Shown: in pieces, positions 12,294-22,120 of the stretch
Numbering within the stretch: position 1 is the first letter of the stretch
Layout of the letters: the number at the start of each line of letters is the position of its first letter
Origin: an uncultured delta proteobacterium
GTDB taxonomy: Bacteria; Desulfobacterota; Binatia; Binatales; Binataceae
DNA: 64,000 bases
NCBI GenBank assembly: GCA_963842085.1
Contig: CAWJET010000001.1
Coordinates: 1,952,001 to 2,016,000 of the forward strand
Direction: 5' to 3'
Notes under the pieces: model-generated
The model's database searches: none
The model's input: the letters and a program-made list of their open reading frames with translations, nothing else
What the model was told of the DNA's origin: nothing
Position numbers and translations under genes: made by a program

Positions 12294-12862
12294 TCAGGGA
12301 CTTCCGCGCGATAGGACCCTGTACCTCGCGCAATCAACCAGGTGATCGTTGACCATCCCGGTCGCCTGCATCATCGCGTAGCAGATATGGTCGATCCGAC
12401 GAACTTGAACCCGCGCCCGATCAAGTCCTTGCTCATTGCGTCGGATTCGTCGGTCCGCGCTGGCACCTGCTTCAGCGCGCGCCACTGGTTGATCCGAGGC
12501 CGCCCGCCGACGAATCGCCAGATGTAATCGTCGAAGCTGCCGAACTCCTTCTGCACCGCCACAAATGCTTTCGCGTTGACGATCGTGGAATTGATCTTCA
12601 GCCGATTGCGGACGATTCCAACGTCCGCCAGCAGCCGCGTCACATCGCGCTCGCCGAACTTCGCGACTCGCCCCGGCTCGAATCCCTTGAACGCGCGCCG
12701 GTACGCCTCGCGCTTGCGCAGAATCGTGTCCCAGCTCAGCCCGGCCTGCGCCCCCTCGAGCGTGATAAACTCGAACCATCGCCGCTCGTCATGCACCGGC
12801 ACGCCCCACTCTTCATCGTGATAGCGAATCGCCAACTCGTTGCGCGCCCATCCGCACCGCAT
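12294..12862 (-). pseudogene. tag: DNA-3-methyladenine glycosylase I, frameshifted near the C-terminus
   Basis: 'YHDEEWGVP', 'EGAQAGLSW' and 'GFKFVGST' in one frame; the conserved tail 'ICYAMMQATGMVNDHLVDC' continues in another frame after an extra AT at about 12385. Confidence 0.85.
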
Positions 12863-12916
12863 CTCTTGAACCCCTTCGATAAGAGGAAGCTCAAACCAGA
12901 ATTATGGAGCCTCACT

Positions 12917-13124
12917 TGTCGTCCTGACCCAAGCGAGCAGCGTGCCGCAGTCTGTCATCCCGACGACGGGAGCGTTAGCGACGGGAGGAGGGACCTCGGA
13001 CAGCTTCGCGTCAGCGAAGCCGGTACCGGTTTTGAATCGCTGCCTCCGATTTTGTCATCCTGAGCGAAAGGTGCTGCAGCGAAAAATCCCGGATCCGGAT
13101 TCCTTCGCTGCGCTCAGGATGACA
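12917..13124. repeat. Cluster of REP-like palindromes (family B)
   Basis: Perfect 14-bp inverted repeat TGTCATCCTGAGCG (13053-13066)/CGCTCAGGATGACA (13111-13124); 30 bp at 12995-13024 are identical to 21176-21205. Confidence 0.8.
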
Positions 13125-13130
13125 CGAAGA

Positions 13131-14675
13131 CTACGCGCCGCTCGCGCTCTTGCGCTCCGGCTCCACTTCCGTTTTCTCCGCCGACTTTTCCGCGCATCGC
13201 CGCTTCAGCTCCGCGAACGCGTCATCGACGAACGCCTTCATCAGCGCCACGTCGGGCATCACGCGCGGGTCCGCCGTCATTCCGAAGTACAGACTCCTAT
13301 AGTAACTGAGTATTGCGACTGAATACCCCATCGTCGCGCCGAGCGGCACCAGCGGTATCATGTCCAGGCAGACGTGACCGTTGATGTATTGCGGCACCTG
13401 CACCCCGGGCACATTGGTCGCAATAAAATTTATCCCGAACGCGGGCAGCCCGAAGCCGTCCCGGCGCGGCTTCCAATCCGTCCACTTCGCCAGCCGTCCC
13501 GCGACGTCCATCATCGTGGTCGCCACGCGCGCCGCCGGCCCGACCATGCTCGGCGGAATCCCGTCGCTGAGCTGCATGATGGCTTCCAGAGCCTGCGCCG
13601 ACCCGGCCGCCTTGATTCGCTCGGTCTCTTCATTGATCAACTTCAGCCGCGCGACGATATCCATCGGCGCCGCCGGCGCGGTCGGGAACATCATCGAGAC
13701 CCGGTTGCCCAGCGAGCTTCTTTCGTCCTTGTGCCGCACGTTGACCGGACATCCGATGCACAGTTGCTGTCCCTCGACCGCGTACCCGTGATGCTCCAAA
13801 TAGCGCGCCGCGCCCTCGGTCAGCATGGCCAGTACCACGTCGTTGACCGATCCGCCGAAGGCCGATCTGATCGCGCGAAAGTCCGAGAACGATTGACGCG
13901 ACCACGCCACCACGCGGTCCTGCGTAACCGGCGTCGAGTTCCACGGCGTCGCCACTATCCGCCGCGTCGCCAGCTCCGTCATCACTCGCGACGCCTCCCC
14001 CAGTTGCCGCGCGCGCTCCGCCACCGATGCCGGGTCCTCGATCGCTTCGACCGCCGCGTTGATCGTCGAGTTGACCCTGCTCTGAATCTGATCGCGCACC
14101 GCCTCCGCGAATCGCCGGATCAGGCTCGACGGCCGCGCCGGCACCCACGGCTCCGGCGGCTGCGGAACATCGTCGGGCTCCGCGCGAAAGTCGTACATCA
14201 CTTTCAGCAGCTCGACCCCCGACACGCCGTCGACCAGGCAATGATGCACCTTCCACATCAGCGCCGTGCGATTCCCGTCCAGGTTGTGGAACGTGTGCAG
14301 CTCCCACAGCGGGCGCTTGCGGTCGAGCGGCTTCTGGTAGATGCGCATCATTTCCACCAGCGCTTCCCCTTCGCTCATCGCGTCGGGCAGCTCATGCAGA
14401 TGCATATGGTTATTGATCGCGAATTCCGGGTCATCCTCCATCATCGCGTGCGCCAGGTTCAGCGGCACCTCGCTCAGCCGCTGACGGTAGCGCGGCACCA
14501 GATGCATCCGTTCCTCGAAATGCCCCAGCAGCGAGTTGAAATCGACGCGCCCCTCGAACAGCCCGATCGATCCGATATGCAGCGGACCGCTTTGCGACTC
14601 GCCGTAGATAAAGGTCGCGTCCTGCGTCGACAACCGGTAGCTCGACGCGGATGGAAATGTTGATTGTTCGGCCAT
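13131..14675 (-). CDS. Wax ester synthase/diacylglycerol acyltransferase (WS/DGAT)
   Basis: Catalytic HHxxxDG 'HHCLVDG', plus 'PLDRKRPLWE', 'SVNDVVLA' and 'TNVPG'. Confidence 0.93.
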   Translation of the reverse strand: MAEQSTFPSASSYRLSTQDATFIYGESQSGPLHIGSIGLFEGRVDFNSLLGHFEERMHLVPRYRQRLSEVPLNLAHAMMEDDPEFAINNHMHLHELPDAMSEGEALVEMMRIYQKPLDRKRPLWELHTFHNLDGNRTALMWKVHHCLVDGVSGVELLKVMYDFRAEPDDVPQPPEPWVPARPSSLIRRFAEAVRDQIQSRVNSTINAAVEAIEDPASVAERARQLGEASRVMTELATRRIVATPWNSTPVTQDRVVAWSRQSFSDFRAIRSAFGGSVNDVVLAMLTEGAARYLEHHGYAVEGQQLCIGCPVNVRHKDERSSLGNRVSMMFPTAPAAPMDIVARLKLINEETERIKAAGSAQALEAIMQLSDGIPPSMVGPAARVATTMMDVAGRLAKWTDWKPRRDGFGLPAFGINFIATNVPGVQVPQYINGHVCLDMIPLVPLGATMGYSVAILSYYRSLYFGMTADPRVMPDVALMKAFVDDAFAELKRRCAEKSAEKTEVEPERKSASGA

Positions 14676-14938
14676 TCTAACTCACCTCCGAGTGGGATCT
14701 TCCCTCGCTTGGGCGGCGGCGCGATGCCCCGTCCCAGTCGGGAAAACCTGGAAATGACAATGCCGCAGAGATGAAGAGTTTGGCAGGCATGCTCGCCGGA
14801 GTGCAAGCCAAATTTCACCGCCGCAACGCTTGCCCAGCCGCCCGCGCTGATCAAGGATAGCGGTCCGTGCCAGTTACGAGCGGCTTACGAGTAATGTCGA
14901 GCGCCACGCTTGCGCACAGCAGTTCGCCGGAGGTTCCA

Positions 14939-15520
14939 ATGCCCGAGCAGATCAAAACCAATCGCCCCTATCCAATTCAAATTAAACTGCGCGACGGCCA
15001 CACCGCCGTCATCCGCGTGATGGAACCCGACGACCTCGACAAGGTCCTCGAATTCGCCAAGGACCTCCCCGCCGACGACCTGCTCTTCCTCCGCCTCGAC
15101 ATCACCGATCGCAAAGTCGTCCAGCAATGGGTCGACAACATCAGGGATGGGCACACCATCACGCTGTTGGCCGAGATCGACGGCGACCTCGCCGCCTACG
15201 CCAGCGTCCACCTGGATCAGGCGCGATGGACCCGGCGCGTCGGCGAAATCCGGATCATGACCGCATCGCGTTACCGCGGCACCGGACTCGGCCGGCGCCT
15301 GGTCGCTGAAATATTCGATCTAGCGCGCTCCCTCGGGCTCAAAAAGATTACCGCCCAGATGACCACCGAGCAGACCGCCGCGCGCGCCGCCTTCGAGCAT
15401 CTGGGCTTTCAGGTCGAGGCGATGCTGTCGGACTGGGTCGAGGACCGCCGCGGCCGCTCCCGCGACCTGTTGATCATGACCCACGACGTAACCGGCTTCT
15501 CCGACCGCGTCGTCGCCTGA
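14939..15520 (+). CDS. GNAT-family N-acetyltransferase
   Basis: Motif A 'YRGTGLGRRL' and 'FEHLGF'; GGAGG RBS before ATG 14939. Confidence 0.85.
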   Translation: MPEQIKTNRPYPIQIKLRDGHTAVIRVMEPDDLDKVLEFAKDLPADDLLFLRLDITDRKVVQQWVDNIRDGHTITLLAEIDGDLAAYASVHLDQARWTRRVGEIRIMTASRYRGTGLGRRLVAEIFDLARSLGLKKITAQMTTEQTAARAAFEHLGFQVEAMLSDWVEDRRGRSRDLLIMTHDVTGFSDRVVA

Positions 15521-15614
15521 GGCAGCCGGCCCGGCGGCGCGAGCGCTCTTCGCCCTATCCCTTCTAACAGGGCGAAGCCCGCATCCCGCGGCGGTGCCGA
15601 TTCTCTTTAACACT

Positions 15615-15669
15615 GGGTGCAGGGGCTGGCCCCGGCCGAAGGAAGTGTGAAACCCACCGCGGGGTTCAC
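15615..15669. repeat. REP-like repeat family A copy
   Basis: GGGTGCAGGGG...GGAAGTGTGAAACCC-N5-GGGTTCAC, matching the copies at 37640-37722 and 48693-48776. Confidence 0.75.
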
Positions 15670-16233
15670 CTCAAATCAACCTGTTGTTCCTGGGTCTGGC
15701 GCTTGGCGTCGGCGACGATTCGCTCGATCGGGGTTAGGGGGCGCTCTTGTGGCTTGTCCGGCCCTACAGGTTCCGGGATCCGGTTCTTGGCGTCGGCGAC
15801 GATTTTGTCAAGCGCACTTTGTGGCTGCGGTTGTTCCTTGTCCGGCGAGTTTTGCCGCTCGGGAGCCTGTTCTAGCTGCGTTCCATCGCGCCAGTAGGAT
15901 TGATATCCGATAAAGCCGTCCGGGCCGTACTCGATTTCGGCGGGGCCGTCTTCCCTATGGAGTTTGCCGTTGCGGCAATATTCTTCAAACCTAGAGCCGT
16001 CGGCTTGGCGCTCGACGACCGCCGGCCCGTCGTCGCGGTGTTGTTGGCCGTCGCGGAACCAGTGTTCGGTCGAGTATTCGCCGTCGGGCTCATGGTGGAT
16101 GCGGGCCGCTCCGTCTTTCTCGGTGAAGCTTGTCGGCCTGGTACCAGCTTTCATAGGTGACGAATCCGTCTTCGGCGCGCTCGGTCCAGGCGGGCCCGTC
16201 GTCGCGATGAAGTGCGGCCGACCGCTTTCGCAC
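15666..16233 (-). pseudogene. Frameshifted, probably 5'-truncated protein with HRxDGPA (MORN-variant-like) repeats
   Basis: Four units of about 27 aa (LHRDDGPA, LHRE/DGAA, QHRDDGPA, LHREDGPA); an extra A at about 16117 separates the first unit from the rest. Confidence 0.65.
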
Positions 16234-16460
16234 TAGAGGAACTGACTATCGCCGAAGAGAGCTTGATAGCCGCGCTGGTGAAGAAAGCGGTCAGCTGAGC
16301 CGCCACAAGAAAGCCTGCTCCGATTTCTGATTCCAATGGCTCCGTACCCGCGAGCCATCGCGCGTTCCATCAGTTGGAGTCACCGGAATGTGCCAGTTAT
16401 CACCCGGTTTCGAAGTAACGGAAAGGTTAACTGTCCAACTGGGCCTCGACTAATCACCGT

Positions 16461-17171
16461 TCACTTTTCCGCGGCCGCTATGTAGAGACCCGCTCTCCCA
16501 ATCACGGGCGTCGGGGCAGTCGTGCACTCGACTTCCAGTGACGAGACCAGGTTCTCCAAATGGCTCCAGGGCTTGTTGAAACCCTCGAAGGTGGTCACGA
16601 AGTCTTTAGCACCCCGCCAAGTTCTCCAATTGGTGATGGGATGCCACCACGGAGTCCATTTCACGCCGATCGCGGCGATGCGTCCACCAGGCTTTAAGTC
16701 TTCGATCACGTTCCGCAACGCCGACGGAGTACGCATTATATCGTGAGTGAAGGAAAACAGCGCGGCGTCCGCCACAAAAGGTATCTCAGCGTCCTCGACT
16801 GGCGTGTTGATCAGCAGAACGTTGCTCCATCCGCGGCTCTCTACCAGCGCTCGTGCCGCGGCCAGTTGCTCTGGACTCTGCTCGATACCGATGATTCTTC
16901 CCTTGGCGCCGACTCTGTTTTCGAGCTCGGCGAAACTCCGGCCAGCTCCGCATCCTACGTCCAAGACAGTGTCGCCAGTCGTGAGTCGAAGGCTGGCTAT
17001 GCATCGTTCACTCAACTGGAGGAATTCCTCGAACCTTCTCTGCCAAACTGGACCACCGGTTGTTCGTCGATCGTAAACCGCCCGGACGCGTTCTGATCGA
17101 TACTTTTGCAATGCAGATTGCCGACTGGGCATGACGCCTCTCAGTAATTTTGCTGCGCGGCTGCGAATCAT
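16461..17171 (-). CDS. Class I SAM-dependent methyltransferase
   Basis: 'VLDVGCGAG' and 'LKPGGRI'; visibly lower GC than its neighbours. Confidence 0.85.
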   Translation of the reverse strand: MIRSRAAKLLRGVMPSRQSALQKYRSERVRAVYDRRTTGGPVWQRRFEEFLQLSERCIASLRLTTGDTVLDVGCGAGRSFAELENRVGAKGRIIGIEQSPEQLAAARALVESRGWSNVLLINTPVEDAEIPFVADAALFSFTHDIMRTPSALRNVIEDLKPGGRIAAIGVKWTPWWHPITNWRTWRGAKDFVTTFEGFNKPWSHLENLVSSLEVECTTAPTPVIGRAGLYIAAAEK

Positions 17172-17225
17172 TTTGCTATCGTCACAATAGCTTCACATCA
17201 AATCAGGTGATTTGCCCTTCCCCTG

Positions 17226-18269
17226 CTACTGCGTCACCACCAATATCCTGAACGTCCCCGGCACCGGCACCGGCCGCGGATGCGCCGCGGTACTGCCCGG
17301 CGCAAACTTGAGGTCCGCCGTCGGCAGGTAAATCATCTCGCCGGTGGAATCCACCGCCATCGTCCGCGCCCCCAGCGCGGTCCTCACCACCTGCGCCAGT
17401 TCGAACTTGTCCGCCGACACTTCGCGAATAATCGTCAACGTCCCGTCGCCGCAGCTCGCGAATGCCAGCCCGCCGCGGAATGCGCTCGCGTCGACGTAGG
17501 CGCCGATCGGAAACTCGGCCACGATCTTTCCGTCATCGGCGTTCATCACGACCAGCTTGTTGTTTCGACAGCCGATAAACAGCCGCCGCGTCGCACGGTC
17601 CATCGAGATCGCCGTCGGCGCCATCCCCGGCGCGGTCGGCCATCGCGCGACCACCTTCATCGCCTTCGTATCGACCACGGCCACCTCGTCCTTGTCCACG
17701 ATATTGACGAACACCTTGCCCTTCCCATCGGCGACCGCGAACTCCGGCTTGCCACCCAAATCAACCGTCGCCGCCGCTTTGCCGCCGGCCGGATTCACGT
17801 CGGGTGCTAAAGCCACCATCTGATGCGCGTCGCCGCAGAAAACCAGCACGCGATTACTGGCGCGGTCATAGATGATCCCGTCGGCGTCATCGGCCGCCGC
17901 CACCTTGCCGAGGCTCGCGCGGGTCTTCAAATCGAAGATCTGCACCGCGCCGGCCTTGCCGTCACTGATAAATCCGCGCCCCGCGTCGGGCACCAGCACC
18001 ACGCCATGCGCTCCCTGCTGCCCGCCGATATCTGCCAGCAGCTTTCCCGACGCCACGTCCACCACCATCGTATGCGTCGTGCGGGTGACGTAGAGCACCC
18101 GCCCGTCGGCTTTGAGCGTCGCGTAGTCCCATCCGCCCTCGCCGCCGACCGCAACAGTCGCGGCCACCCGGTAAGCATTCGGCCCCGTATCCGCCGCCAT
18201 CGCCGCGCCCGCTGCAACCGCCACCCCAACAATCACCAAACCGGAAAGTCGAACAAGATAATTTTTCAT
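17226..18269 (-). CDS. Secreted YncE-like beta-propeller protein
   Basis: Signal peptide, 'GGEGGWDY', 'AHGV', 'GFISDG', 'GKPEFAVADG', 'GARTMAVD'. Confidence 0.82.
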   Translation of the reverse strand: MKNYLVRLSGLVIVGVAVAAGAAMAADTGPNAYRVAATVAVGGEGGWDYATLKADGRVLYVTRTTHTMVVDVASGKLLADIGGQQGAHGVVLVPDAGRGFISDGKAGAVQIFDLKTRASLGKVAAADDADGIIYDRASNRVLVFCGDAHQMVALAPDVNPAGGKAAATVDLGGKPEFAVADGKGKVFVNIVDKDEVAVVDTKAMKVVARWPTAPGMAPTAISMDRATRRLFIGCRNNKLVVMNADDGKIVAEFPIGAYVDASAFRGGLAFASCGDGTLTIIREVSADKFELAQVVRTALGARTMAVDSTGEMIYLPTADLKFAPGSTAAHPRPVPVPGTFRILVVTQ

Positions 18270-18305
18270 ATGCCTTTTGTGTCATCCCGAGCCTTTCGAC
18301 CTCGC

Positions 18306-18662
18306 TCAGGACGCGACCCATCCAAGTTGCCGAAACGATCCGTCGGCCTCGCACTGCAACTCGACCACCCGCACCACCGCATCGACATTCAACTCTCCAT
18401 ACAGATGAGGAAACAACTCGCCCGCCGACTCGCCACGCGCCATCGTCGGCGCCTCATATTTCAATTCCGCCTTCAGCCGCGACTCGTCAATGCACAACAC
18501 GACCAGGCCGTCGCGCCCACGATAAAACCGGTTGGCAGTATCGATCACCTGCGCAAGCGTCGAGCAATGGATAAACCCCTCCACCCGCAAACTCTCCGGC
18601 GCATAACTCCCGCGCCCGACGGCCTCCGTCCACTCACTCCGCTTGACTATATGAAGGATCAT
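18306..18662 (-). CDS. DUF952 family protein
   Basis: 'MILHI', 'EGFIHCS', 'FPHLYGELN'. Confidence 0.9.
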   Translation of the reverse strand: MILHIVKRSEWTEAVGRGSYAPESLRVEGFIHCSTLAQVIDTANRFYRGRDGLVVLCIDESRLKAELKYEAPTMARGESAGELFPHLYGELNVDAVVRVVELQCEADGSFRQLGWVAS

Positions 18663-18685
18663 CGCACCCGCCCACGAATACCCGC

Positions 18686-19017
18686 GAAAGAACTTGATTG
18701 TAGTGGAACCCGCCGTCGGTTCCACACCTCCCTCGGCAGGGGTCACCTCCTTCGGCTTCGCTCAGGACAGGCTCTGCACCCGGTGCTGAGAAAGGATGCG
18801 GTCGGAGTTTACCCGACAGTTTGTGAGGAATTGGTTGCCATCGGAGCACTGGCGCCAAGTCATCAGAGGCAGAATCTTGAATCGCGCGCAAAAGAGCGCG
18901 CTGAATAAGGACCCTCACCTTAATCCTCTCCCTTGCAGGGAGAGGAAATTAACGCGCGTTGCTGGCGCAAAAGAGGTGTGGAACCCGCGGCGGGTTCCAC
19001 TACAATCACGTTCTTTC
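18686..19017. repeat. Composite repeat block: family A (18686-18781, with an element nested at 18749-18772), family C (18869-18945) and an inverted family A copy (18973-19017)
   Basis: GTGGAACC..GGTTCCAC hairpins in opposite orientation; CCCTCACC..CTCTCCC..GGGAGAG unit. Confidence 0.75.
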
Positions 19018-19944
19018 GTTCCCCCGGCTTAGGCGCGCATCGATGCGCGTCGAATTGCCCAGCAGCATCTCGGCGATCGCTGTCAGATCGTTATCGTCGT
19101 AGTAATCGATTTCGATTCTTCCCGGGCTCCGGCCGCGGCGCTTGAAAATTCTGACCTTGCGCTTGAGCGCGCGTTGCAGGCCTTCGGCGAGTGCGTTCAG
19201 ATTGGCATCGGCGGCGGAGCGCGATGCGCCGCTCTTCGACGCGCGTGGGCGACTCGCCGTTGCCATTTCTTCGGCGCCGCGCGCCGAGAGTCCGACCGCC
19301 GCGATTCGCCGCGCCGCCGATAGCTGCGCCTCGGCGGATTTCAGACCCAGCAGCGGGCGCGCCTGTCCTGCCGAGAGTTCTCCCTTCGCGATCATAGTCA
19401 GAATCGGCTGCGGCAGTTCGAGCAATCGAAGCGCGTTGCTGACGTAGGGGCGGCTCTTGCCGACGCGCGCCGCGATTTCGTCCTGGGTCAGCTCGAAATG
19501 GTCGACCAGCCGGAAAAACGCGAGCCCTTCTTCGACCGCATTCAGATCCTCGCGCACGATATTCTCGACCAGCGACATCTCGAGCGCCGCGCGATCGTCG
19601 AGCTCGCGCACCACCACCGGCACCGCTTCCAGACCCGCCGCGCGCGCCGCCCGCAGCCGCCGCTCGCCCGCGATCAGCTCGTAGCGCGGCCCATCGGGCT
19701 CCGCCGCGCCGATTCGCCGCACGATCAGCGGCTCGATAATTCCCTGGCTCTGGATCGCGCGCGTCAGTTCGGCCAGCCGCTCCTTGTCGAAGTTTATCCG
19801 CGGCTGAAAAGGACCCGCCGTGATACTCCCGACCGGCGCCATCCTGAATTGCGCGCCGCTGCTGACTTCGGCGCCGGCTTCAATTTCCGCCGCCACGTTG
19901 CCGATCAGCGCATCGAGCCCTCGTCCCAATGGTTTCCGCATCAT
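19006..19944 (-). CDS. parB: Chromosome partitioning protein ParB
   Basis: 'RKPLGRGLDALI', 'FQPR', 'GIIEPLIVR', 'IAGERRLRA', 'ENIVREDLN' and an HTH. Confidence 0.96.
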   Translation of the reverse strand: MMRKPLGRGLDALIGNVAAEIEAGAEVSSGAQFRMAPVGSITAGPFQPRINFDKERLAELTRAIQSQGIIEPLIVRRIGAAEPDGPRYELIAGERRLRAARAAGLEAVPVVVRELDDRAALEMSLVENIVREDLNAVEEGLAFFRLVDHFELTQDEIAARVGKSRPYVSNALRLLELPQPILTMIAKGELSAGQARPLLGLKSAEAQLSAARRIAAVGLSARGAEEMATASRPRASKSGASRSAADANLNALAEGLQRALKRKVRIFKRRGRSPGRIEIDYYDDNDLTAIAEMLLGNSTRIDARLSRGNERT

Positions 19945-20039
19945 CCTGGCAGTCCTCTGTGCTTTCGATCGTTTTCGCCTTTCGATCCGCACCGCTCAGC
20001 ATCGCGCTCGACGCGGGGAACCCACGGTGGGTTCCACAT

Positions 20040-20834
20040 TCAATCAGTTCCCGTTCCATTCTGTTCACGCGCAATTATCTCCGCGGCGAGCGCGCGGTAG
20101 CCTTCGGCGCCGGCCGACCTCGGCCCGTACTCGAGCACGGACAGTCCATGGCTCGGACTTTCCGACATCCGCACGCTGCGCGGAATCACGCTGCGAAAAA
20201 CTTTTTCAGGAAAATGCTTTCGCACCTCGTCCGAGATTTCGTGACTGAGGCGATTGCGCGAGTCGAACATCGTGAGCACCAGGCCCTCGAGCTCGAGCGC
20301 CGGCCTGAGCGCCGCTTTGACCTTGTTGATCGTGCCGAGCAACGCGCTCAGACCCTCGAGCGCGTAGTACTCACACTGCATCGGCACCAGCACGGAGTCC
20401 GCCGCGACGAGCGCGTTGAGCGTGAGGATTCCGAGCGAGGGCGGCGTATCGATTAGAACATAGTTATATTCTTCTCGCAGCGGCTCCAGGAGCGCACGCA
20501 CGCGTCGCTCGCGACCTTCCATCGTCACCAGCTCGATCTCGGCGCCGACCAGGTCGTCGCCCGCCGGCGCCAGCGACAGCATCGGCCGCACCTGCCGGAG
20601 GATTTCCGCGATCGCCAGGCCGCCGACAATCGCCTGGTAGATGGTCTTGCCCTCGTGGCGCGCAGCGGCGACGTCCTCCGGCGTACTGATCCCGGAAGTG
20701 GCGTTCCCCTGCGGATCGAGGTCAACGAGCAGCACGCGCCGCCCCGTATCGGCCAACGCGACCGCAAGGTTGATAGCCGTCGTAGTCTTGCCGACGCCGC
20801 CTTTCTGATTGGCTATTGCGATTACCCGCCCCAC
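20040..20834 (-). CDS. parA: Chromosome partitioning ATPase ParA/Soj
   Basis: Deviant Walker A 'NQKGGVGKTT', 'DLDPQGNAT', 'IDTPPSLG', 'QCEYYALEG'; probable GTG start at 20834. Confidence 0.96.
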   Translation of the reverse strand: MGRVIAIANQKGGVGKTTTAINLAVALADTGRRVLLVDLDPQGNATSGISTPEDVAAARHEGKTIYQAIVGGLAIAEILRQVRPMLSLAPAGDDLVGAEIELVTMEGRERRVRALLEPLREEYNYVLIDTPPSLGILTLNALVAADSVLVPMQCEYYALEGLSALLGTINKVKAALRPALELEGLVLTMFDSRNRLSHEISDEVRKHFPEKVFRSVIPRSVRMSESPSHGLSVLEYGPRSAGAEGYRALAAEIIAREQNGTGTD

Positions 20835-20904
20835 AACCTGCCCCGGCAGGGACTTGCCCCTGCACCCTCGCAAAGAAGAGACCTGGACCCGGACCGCACT
20901 CAGA

Positions 20905-20920
20905 CGTTTCACGTGAAACG
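20905..20920. promoter_or_regulatory. parS: parS site 1
   Basis: CGTTTCACGTGAAACG, a perfect palindrome matching the chromosomal parS consensus. Confidence 0.92.
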
Positions 20921-21015
20921 TCCCCGCAACCATTAAATCCCCGCGATCGCAAAAGATCAAATCGCGCGATCAGATTTGCACAAATGATTGAATTTATTGA
21001 GTTTTCGCGATTAAA

Positions 21016-21031
21016 CGTTTCACGTGAAACG
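21016..21031. promoter_or_regulatory. parS: parS site 2
   Basis: CGTTTCACGTGAAACG. Confidence 0.92.
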
Positions 21032-21089
21032 TTCCTCAAACGCGGAAGAGAGCCGCTTTTCTTTTTCATTGGGTGCAGGGGTCACCCCT

Positions 21090-21105
21090 GCTTTCACGTG
21101 AAACG
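21090..21105. promoter_or_regulatory. parS: parS site 3 (imperfect, fused to a family A repeat at 21071-21091)
   Basis: GCTTTCACGTGAAACG. Confidence 0.8.
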
Positions 21106-21135
21106 TCGGATGCTGCCAGCTAGCACTGCTCGTTC

Positions 21136-21212
21136 GTCATCCTGACGATGCGAGCAGCGCGAGCTGAGGAAGGATCTCGGACAGCTTCGCGTCAGCGAAG
21201 CCGGTTCCGGTC
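21136..21212. repeat. REP-like family B copy
   Basis: GTCATCCTGA...GGATCTCGGACAGCTTCGCGTCAGCGAAGCCGGT, shared with 12953-13024. Confidence 0.75.
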
Positions 21213-21263
21213 TCGAGATCGCGGAGCGGTGCTTACTAAGGAGTAACCGGTCACCCCTGCCTG

Positions 21264-22013
21264 CTAGCGGCGGGTCCAGGTGGCGACGGCGCGGCGCATC
21301 ACATTGCGGCCGTGGCGCAAATCGTATCCGGCCACAGACCCATCGACCAGCCCCGCCGCCGAGGCGGCAACGACACTGGCGGCATCGTCGAACTTCTGGT
21401 CGGCGCTGACGTAGAGCATCAGCACGCCCCCCTGATGCAAAGCCCTACCGGCAATCTCGAAAATGCCGGCAGGATTGCCGACTGCGCGCGCCGTCACGAG
21501 GTCGAACCGGTCCCGAACGTCGAGCGATTCGGCGCGCGCGCATTCGACGTGGACGTTGCGCAGTCCCATCTCGACGGCGACCTCGCTGAGAAACGTCGCC
21601 CGCTTGCGGCGCGCCTCGACTAGAGTCACCTGAGCGTTGATCGCGGCGGCAATCACGAGGCCGGGGAAACCGGCGCCGCTGCCGATATCCAGGAAGCGGC
21701 GCTCGCGATCGAGCCGCGTGTTGAGCCGCAGGATCTTCGAGCTGACCGCAATCGAGACCGGGATAATACTGTCGAAGACGTGGAACACGATCTCGTCTGG
21801 GTCCCGCGGATGCGCCGTCAGGTTGATCTTCGTGCCCCACAGCGCGAGCGTCGCCGCCATCCGCTCGATCCGGCCCAGGAACTCGACGGTGTTGGCGACC
21901 ACCCCAGTCGCCGCGATCGCAGGGGCAAGCTGAGCGCGCACCGCGGCGGCAATCTCGTCGGGAGTGGCCGCCTTTTTCTTTTTCGGCGGCCGCGCCTTAG
22001 CCTTATGTTTCAC
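21264..22013 (-). CDS. rsmG: 16S rRNA m7G527 methyltransferase
   Basis: 'INLTA', 'H..DS', 'LDIGSGAGFPG', 'VTARAV'; lies between mnmG and parA. Confidence 0.93.
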   Translation of the reverse strand: MKHKAKARPPKKKKAATPDEIAAAVRAQLAPAIAATGVVANTVEFLGRIERMAATLALWGTKINLTAHPRDPDEIVFHVFDSIIPVSIAVSSKILRLNTRLDRERRFLDIGSGAGFPGLVIAAAINAQVTLVEARRKRATFLSEVAVEMGLRNVHVECARAESLDVRDRFDLVTARAVGNPAGIFEIAGRALHQGGVLMLYVSADQKFDDAASVVAASAAGLVDGSVAGYDLRHGRNVMRRAVATWTRR

Positions 22014-22021
22014 GTGAAACG
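22006..22021. promoter_or_regulatory. parS: parS site 4, overlapping the predicted rsmG GTG start
   Basis: TGTTTCACGTGAAACG. Confidence 0.9.
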
Positions 22022-22070
22022 TCCGTGATCAGCCGAATTACCCGCTAAATTCCTAGGTTATTTTCCAAAA

Positions 22071-22086
22071 TGTTTCACGTGAAACG
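22071..22086. promoter_or_regulatory. parS: parS site 5
   Basis: TGTTTCACGTGAAACG. Confidence 0.92.
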
Positions 22087-22120
22087 TTCCTGAAGAGGCT
22101 CCTTTCAATGGGTGCAGGGG

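Noticed and set aside
12917-13124. Repeat clusters as a possible CRISPR array
   Set aside because: The units are inverted or degenerate and irregularly spaced, with no unique constant-length spacers and no cas genes.
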